Below the pieces are notes generated by a model. That model worked only from the letters and a program-made list of their open reading frames with translations, did not search any database and was not told where the DNA came from. Shown here one piece after another: positions 58,912 through 64,000 of a stretch of 64,000 nt of DNA; the stretch's first letter is position 1; every line of letters begins with the position of its first letter. A program made the translations under genes and the position numbers. Where the stretch lies: positions 50,525 through 114,524 of the forward strand of contig CACYSA010000001.1 in NCBI GenBank assembly GCA_902777015.1, in the 5' to 3' direction. Source of the stretch: an uncultured Erysipelotrichaceae bacterium. GTDB taxonomy: Bacteria; Bacillota_I; Bacilli_A; RFN20; CAG-826.

Positions 58912-59253
58912 TTACGCAAATAATAAGGCGATTAGAGCCATCATTTGTTCATTGGTAAGGAATCCTTCGATTTCATACTTATATGAACCACAATATTCTC
59001 TAATTCTGTTTCCTTCAATTGTGGCGATATACGGGCCACAATATCTTCTAATGTTATTTCCTTCAACAGTTAACAAATAGCTACCACAATATCTTCTAAT
59101 TTGATTGCCACATATTTCGTATTTATAAGAGCCACAATATTCTCTAATATAGCCTCTTTCAATTTGAAAACGATAAGGACCACAATATTCACGAATCTTG
59201 TCGCCTTCAAATTCAAGTATGTAACTACCACAATATCTTCTAACTCTTGCCAT
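58912..59253 (-). CDS. Small repeat protein: six 16-aa R(R/E)YCG(S/P)Y...I repeats plus a hydrophobic tail
   Basis: 113 aa. The repeats are visible in both protein and DNA (48-nt period). It resembles what I remember of the '4-fold beta flower' repeat class, from memory only. Confidence 0.7.
   Translation of the reverse strand: MARVRRYCGSYILEFEGDKIREYCGPYRFQIERGYIREYCGSYKYEICGNQIRRYCGSYLLTVEGNNIRRYCGPYIATIEGNRIREYCGSYKYEIEGFLTNEQMMALIALLFA
58954..59241 (-). repeat. Six imperfect 48-nt tandem repeats (coding)
   Basis: The motif CCACAATAT(T/C)(C/T)TCTAAT recurs every 48 nt on the plus strand. Confidence 0.85.
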
Positions 59254-59339
59254 AACTATTTTTCTTCTTTGCAGAGTACATCATTTTACATGATATTACT
59301 TTGTTTGTCCTCAAATATTTTAATATTTTTAAAAACGTA

Positions 59340-59362
59340 ATAAAAGCGGTTTTCAAACCGCT
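59340..59362 (-). terminator. Rho-independent terminator after the EAL gene
   Basis: AGCGGT-TTGAAA-ACCGCT hairpin on the minus strand, followed by TTTTATT. Confidence 0.7.
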
Positions 59363-59369
59363 CTTATAA

Positions 59370-61640
59370 TTAGTCGATCATCTTTTTAGCGAGATTGTAT
59401 TCGCCTTCATCAATTTTCTTCATTAATTCTTCGTAGGAAAGAGGCTTACCATATAGATAACCTTGCAATCTACCACAGCTTGCTTCTTCTAAGAAGGCAG
59501 CTTGTTCAGCGGTTTCAACACCTTCACATAATGTCTTCATGCCAATTTGTTCCGCTAAGGAGATAACAGATTTAATTAAGGCTTTAGCCTTTTCATTGCC
59601 GTTAAAGCCAATTAAGAAAGCCATATCAAGTTTTAAAACATCAAAGTCATAATCTTTTAAGACGTTAAATGAAGAATAACCACTACCGAAATCATCAAGC
59701 CAAGTAGCAAAGCCTTTTTCATGTAAACGATTAATGGTGTTCTTTAATGTATCTGTTTCATTTGTTAAAGCACTTTCAGTGATTTCAACGTGTAACAATT
59801 CATGTGGGATTTTATATTGTTCCACCGTGGAAGAAACAACATCAACGATATCAATTAAACCAAAGTCCGCTCTTGAGAAGTTAATGGAAACAGGTAAGAC
59901 TGGCAAACCATTATCAAGATTATGACGGATATCAACGCAGACGATTCTTAAGATTTCTTTATCTAACTTGTAAACAAGTTGAGCGCTTTCTAATGCTGGA
60001 ACGAATTTAGCAGGAGAAAGGAAACCATATTTTGGATCAATCCATCTCGCTAAAGCTTCAACACCACATAAGGTTCTACCTTTAGACCAGACAACTGGTT
60101 GATAGAATGCTTTAATGTAGCCATTTTTAATCGCTTCATCAATATGAGTGACAATATATTGCACCATTAAGTAATTATCATGCATCTTATCGTCATACCA
60201 TAAGATGAGTTTATTGCTTGGCATACGTTTTAGTTCAGCGTGAGCGTAACGCGCTTTTTCAACTGCATAGTGTGGATCTTCGTCTGGGTTATAGACCGCA
60301 GCAGCACCAACTTTAATGCTTGGTTTAACATCAGCGTCTTGACTTTCCACTCGACGAGCAATTTCTTGAATCTTGTCTTCAATGTTTTGATTCGCGGAGA
60401 AGACCACAAAGTGGTCATCTGATTGACGAGACACTAACGCTAATTCCTTAAATGTTTCATTAATAATTTGACCAACAGTCTTTAAAAACTCATTACCTTT
60501 TTCAAAACCTTTTTGATCGTTATAAACTTTGAAGTTTGTGATATTAATGAATAGATAAACACTATCACCACGTTGAATGTTATATTTAGCAATTGTTTCT
60601 TTTACTCTTAAAGTAAAATATTCAAATGATAATAATCCAGTTAATGTATCTTTAGTGGCTAATTCTTCTAATTCTTCATCCTTTTTAGCTTCACTAATAC
60701 GTTGGTTATAAATGGAAATACACACCATGGTTAAGGAAATAAAGAATGTGAGATAGTTGACTTGGTCACCTTCTGGGAATCCTCTACCACCTAAATTAAC
60801 AACGTTGCTAATTGCTAAATAGAAGCCTAAGAACAATGTACCTAAAACACCGATAGAAATGAGTGGGTTCCAAATCAATAAGCAACCAATGTAAATGGTA
60901 AACATTAAGAAGCAGATAATTTGTTTATGTTCGTAAGCAAAGCTGTTTTGAGCGTCATTCATTGTCACTTTATTGCCCGCAGCATCATAGAACACTTTAG
61001 TGCTAATAAAGTCACCATAAGAAACCATCACGCCAAACATTAAGCAAACAAAGGCAAATAAGGAGATGACCATAACGGAGCTTAATGATGCACGTTTACC
61101 ACCTTTATAACGGTAAATAGAAGCAAAGATAATACCTAAGTCGAAAAGGAATACGGAAATATAGAAGATGATTTTAAAGATACCATATATGACTTTAGGT
61201 TGTGTTGTTTTAGTGGCGTCTAAAACGATTGAACCATATTGGAATTCTAAAGGTAATAAGCAACAAACTGCTAAGGATAAACCACCAAAAACGATTGGAA
61301 TAATCATCTTGCTTAATGATCTCTTGCTACTTAAATATTGTAAAGAATAAACAAACATGGCTACGCCAAAGAATAGTAATAAGATGAAGTTGGAGGTGTT
61401 TTGGAAAATGATTTTAAAGACGGCTTGGAAAGTAACTGTTTCTAATGCTGCAACTGAAGGGACGATATATTTATGTGTTTGTCTTAAAATAAGCCAAGCT
61501 TCCAAGACAAAGACAACCGCGGACATAAAGACAGCGGATCGCATGTTTGCTTCATTTAAATAATTTTTGACATATTTTGAATTTCTATGAATTCCAAAGA
61601 TATTCAAGAAACCATTCCAAATTTTCGATAAAATTTTCAT
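59370..61640 (-). CDS. Membrane-bound c-di-GMP phosphodiesterase: ~8 TM, degenerate GGDEF, intact EAL
   Basis: 756 aa. The GGDEF site reads SDDHF and the upstream DxD reads NIT. EAL motifs are intact: GVEALARW, SINFS, EITES, DDFGSGYSS, KLD, EGVE and QGY. Confidence 0.85.
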   Translation of the reverse strand: MKILSKIWNGFLNIFGIHRNSKYVKNYLNEANMRSAVFMSAVVFVLEAWLILRQTHKYIVPSVAALETVTFQAVFKIIFQNTSNFILLLFFGVAMFVYSLQYLSSKRSLSKMIIPIVFGGLSLAVCCLLPLEFQYGSIVLDATKTTQPKVIYGIFKIIFYISVFLFDLGIIFASIYRYKGGKRASLSSVMVISLFAFVCLMFGVMVSYGDFISTKVFYDAAGNKVTMNDAQNSFAYEHKQIICFLMFTIYIGCLLIWNPLISIGVLGTLFLGFYLAISNVVNLGGRGFPEGDQVNYLTFFISLTMVCISIYNQRISEAKKDEELEELATKDTLTGLLSFEYFTLRVKETIAKYNIQRGDSVYLFINITNFKVYNDQKGFEKGNEFLKTVGQIINETFKELALVSRQSDDHFVVFSANQNIEDKIQEIARRVESQDADVKPSIKVGAAAVYNPDEDPHYAVEKARYAHAELKRMPSNKLILWYDDKMHDNYLMVQYIVTHIDEAIKNGYIKAFYQPVVWSKGRTLCGVEALARWIDPKYGFLSPAKFVPALESAQLVYKLDKEILRIVCVDIRHNLDNGLPVLPVSINFSRADFGLIDIVDVVSSTVEQYKIPHELLHVEITESALTNETDTLKNTINRLHEKGFATWLDDFGSGYSSFNVLKDYDFDVLKLDMAFLIGFNGNEKAKALIKSVISLAEQIGMKTLCEGVETAEQAAFLEEASCGRLQGYLYGKPLSYEELMKKIDEGEYNLAKKMID

Positions 61641-61657
61641 ACTATTCTCAACCCTTT

Positions 61658-64000
61658 TTACTTAACTTCACATTTCAATATGTAGTCGATATTTTTACCT
61701 AAACCAGCAACACATCGGAATTTAAGCGCAAGCTTAATCTTATTATTATCTTTATCAAAGACTTCGAGTTCTTTTTCAAAGTCTTCTTTCTTTTCATGGT
61801 GTTTAAAAAATTCTTTATCTAATTCATCAATGCTCACTTTGCCTTGAGTCACACGTTTAAAGAAGATGTTGTTATTTAGCTCTTCTTCTAACTTTATTGG
61901 AGTGATGCCAAAGATATCACTCAAGCCGTGAGAGACAACATTAAATACTAAATAATCGTTCACTTTAGAAATGAATATCATGTTATCGTTTGAATTATTC
62001 GCAATTAATTCTTTAGCTTCTTTTAAGTTAGCTGTTTCACTATCGTTAGAGGCTGCACCATAGAAGAGTTCCCCATCTTCTCTCTTACCCAAATAATAGA
62101 AATGAATTCTAAACGACATGTATAAGCCATCGCTTCTGGCGAATCTAGTAAAGCATATCGCACCTGTTAAACGGTTTTCCATGGCTTGTTTTAATGCGGA
62201 GAATAAACCAGGGATATCTTCCTCAGGAACGAATTGTTCAATATTATCTAATCTAGTAGCGAAATCTGGAACATTGACAGCTTGATAGAATTGTTGGTTA
62301 AAACGCACAATATCAACATGTTCATCATGCCAAGAATAGAAGGCAACAGCGCCTAAAATATTATTGAGCATGGTATCTGAATATAAGTTTTTATCAAGGA
62401 ATTCTCTAATACGGAATTGTTCATTTGCCTTAACGACAAAGCCACGATCGTCAATGTTATTTTCATCAAGCATTAATTGTTCAAATTGTTCTGCGGACAT
62501 TGGTCTATAGAAATAGAAACCTTGAATATAGCGGCAGCCTAAATCGATTAAGAAGTCCGCTTGTTGTTTTGTTTCTACACCTTCAACGATAATTGGTAAG
62601 CCCATTGTTTTGGCCATGTTGACGACAGATTCAATAACACGTACGCCTTTCTTATAGTCAGCGCCTTCTAAACGTAAGAACTTAGAGTCTAATTTAATAG
62701 CGTCTAATTTAATGGAAGAAAGCATATTTAATGAAGAATAACCACTACCAAAGTCATCCATTAAGACTGAGAAACCATTTTTCTTTAAATTAGAAACGAG
62801 TTCTTCGATAAGAGTTGTTGTTTCTGCATAAGCAGATTCGGTAATTTCAATCTTAATTAATTTATGTGGAATATGATATTTATCCGCTAAATCGTTAATG
62901 GCTTTTGCCACATCAAAGTTATAAATATCGATACGGGAAACATTAATTGAAACAGGAACAGCTCTATGACCACCAGCAATCCAATCACTTAAGGACTTAC
63001 AAATCTTGTCCCATAAATATTGGTCTAAGTCGGTTACGAAGTTATATTTTTCTAGAATTGGAATAAATTCTGCTGGGGAAACCATTGTTCCATCTTTTTT
63101 AATCCATCTGGCTAAAGCTTCAACACCCGCAATCTTTCCTGAACTAGCGCGACATTGTGGTTGTAAATAGAAAGTGATTTCATCGTTTTTTATCGCGTAC
63201 ATGAAATCAGTAAGGATACGATATTCATGTTCGGCTAAATATTGCATATCAGAATTGTAATAACAAATTCTATTTCTAACATTATCTTTAGCTTTAGAAG
63301 CGGCAATACTTGATCTATCGAAAGCATCAACAAGGTTCATACCTTTTTCTAAAAGAGCAACACCAAAGGCTGGTAAGAAACCTGTTGTTAAGCCAAAAGA
63401 AGCGATATGTGCACGTATTCTCTCATACAAAGCGGATGTTTTATCTTTATCAAATTCCGCTAAGATAGCGAAGTCATCTTGACCAAAATAACCAGCAACG
63501 CCACCCATTTCTTTTTCACTATCAAATAATTCAGCACCGACTTTAGCTAATAAGTAGTCACCTTTTTCACGACCATACCACTCATCAAAGAATTTGAAGT
63601 GTTCGATATCAATAAAGATGATACTCCATTGTTTTTCTTGGTTTTCTTTGACGATTTCTTCAGCGCGTTTAAAGAAGTCTTTGCCTGTTAATAAGCCTGT
63701 AACTTGGTCACGGCCAACAGATATGACACCTGTTTCATCGCCTATGGCACCTATTCTTCTAGTCATTAAGTTATGAACATCAAAGATGTATAGTCTAAAC
63801 ATGCCTGGAGGAATGCCGTTTTCTTCGCCAGCGATAACGCATTGTTCAACGTAGCGATAATCGCCGTCTTGAAGTTTATATCTGAAATGCGCTAAATCGA
63901 AATTTGGTATTTTAGCATTTGCTAATCTTTCGAAGAAGCCATCTATTTTCATCAACGCTAAATAAGCACCAACGTCATCTGGGTGGACGATATGATTAGC
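61658..64000 (-). CDS. Cytoplasmic degenerate-GGDEF / EAL protein with extra C-terminal sensor-like region; 5' end probably outside the window
   Basis: The GGDEF site reads GQDDF. EAL motifs are intact (GVEALARW, EITES, DDFGSGYSS, EGVE, QGF). The frame stays open from 63956 to 64000 (ANHIVHPDDVGAYLAL), there is no SD before ATG 63952, and HPDD is PAS-like. Confidence 0.8.
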   Translation of the reverse strand, partial: ANHIVHPDDVGAYLALMKIDGFFERLANAKIPNFDLAHFRYKLQDGDYRYVEQCVIAGEENGIPPGMFRLYIFDVHNLMTRRIGAIGDETGVISVGRDQVTGLLTGKDFFKRAEEIVKENQEKQWSIIFIDIEHFKFFDEWYGREKGDYLLAKVGAELFDSEKEMGGVAGYFGQDDFAILAEFDKDKTSALYERIRAHIASFGLTTGFLPAFGVALLEKGMNLVDAFDRSSIAASKAKDNVRNRICYYNSDMQYLAEHEYRILTDFMYAIKNDEITFYLQPQCRASSGKIAGVEALARWIKKDGTMVSPAEFIPILEKYNFVTDLDQYLWDKICKSLSDWIAGGHRAVPVSINVSRIDIYNFDVAKAINDLADKYHIPHKLIKIEITESAYAETTTLIEELVSNLKKNGFSVLMDDFGSGYSSLNMLSSIKLDAIKLDSKFLRLEGADYKKGVRVIESVVNMAKTMGLPIIVEGVETKQQADFLIDLGCRYIQGFYFYRPMSAEQFEQLMLDENNIDDRGFVVKANEQFRIREFLDKNLYSDTMLNNILGAVAFYSWHDEHVDIVRFNQQFYQAVNVPDFATRLDNIEQFVPEEDIPGLFSALKQAMENRLTGAICFTRFARSDGLYMSFRIHFYYLGKREDGELFYGAASNDSETANLKEAKELIANNSNDNMIFISKVNDYLVFNVVSHGLSDIFGITPIKLEEELNNNIFFKRVTQGKVSIDELDKEFFKHHEKKEDFEKELEVFDKDNNKIKLALKFRCVAGLGKNIDYILKCEVK

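Noticed and set aside
58954-59241. Regular 48-nt periodicity that could be mistaken for a CRISPR-like or satellite array
   Set aside because: The repeats are contiguous with no spacers and maintain one open reading frame encoding a 16-aa protein repeat. This is coding tandem repetition, not a CRISPR array.
59254-59340. Purine riboswitch upstream of the repeat-protein/permease operon
   Set aside because: The 87-nt leader lacks the conserved purine-riboswitch junction sequences and three-way helix. Only a possible extended -10 (TGTAAAAT) is visible.

Overview
AT-rich chromosomal segment that uses the standard genetic code: TGA is a stop at several overlapping gene junctions and Trp is TGG. Gene content and order look like a low-GC Firmicute or Mollicutes-like organism (Acholeplasma- or Erysipelotrichia-like). 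That placement is only an inference. Most of the window is densely packed housekeeping DNA, mainly on the minus strand. It includes prkC'-prpC-rlmN-rsmB(degenerate), priA and gmk. One long unit runs isochorismatase-pfp-atpIBEFHAGDC-ppa-trmL. Another runs giant membrane protein-yigZ-mrp-pepP-glpK-unknown. Also present are trxA, tRNA-Gly(UCC), rdgB, mtaD, plsC, T-box-regulated tyrS, a nucleobase permease and two tandem EAL proteins with degenerate GGDEF domains. The accessory content is the interesting part. (1) Two large paralogous YD/RHS polymorphic-toxin genes (1452 and 1501 aa) each have an overlapping small immunity-like gene. Neither has a recognisable signal peptide or trafficking domain. 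Both have transmembrane helices immediately after the RHS core cleavage motif, followed by C-terminal modules I cannot assign. (2) RHS1 sits in a 6.4 kb nested insertion at the 3' end of priA. The insertion is bounded and subdivided by three direct copies of the priA terminus, and it contains a chimeric gmk'-'priA relic. No integrase is visible. (3) A decayed island lies next to tRNA-Gly, with an XRE gene frameshifted in an A-run and a tandemly triplicated, frameshifted RhuM-like gene. (4) Smaller oddities: a 2099-aa membrane-anchored protein with no assignable domains, a protein of six 16-aa Cys-containing repeats coupled to the permease, a catalytically dead RsmB homologue, and an ATP synthase c subunit with a two-carboxylate Na+-type ion site. 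I saw no rRNA, CRISPR array, transposase or integrase.
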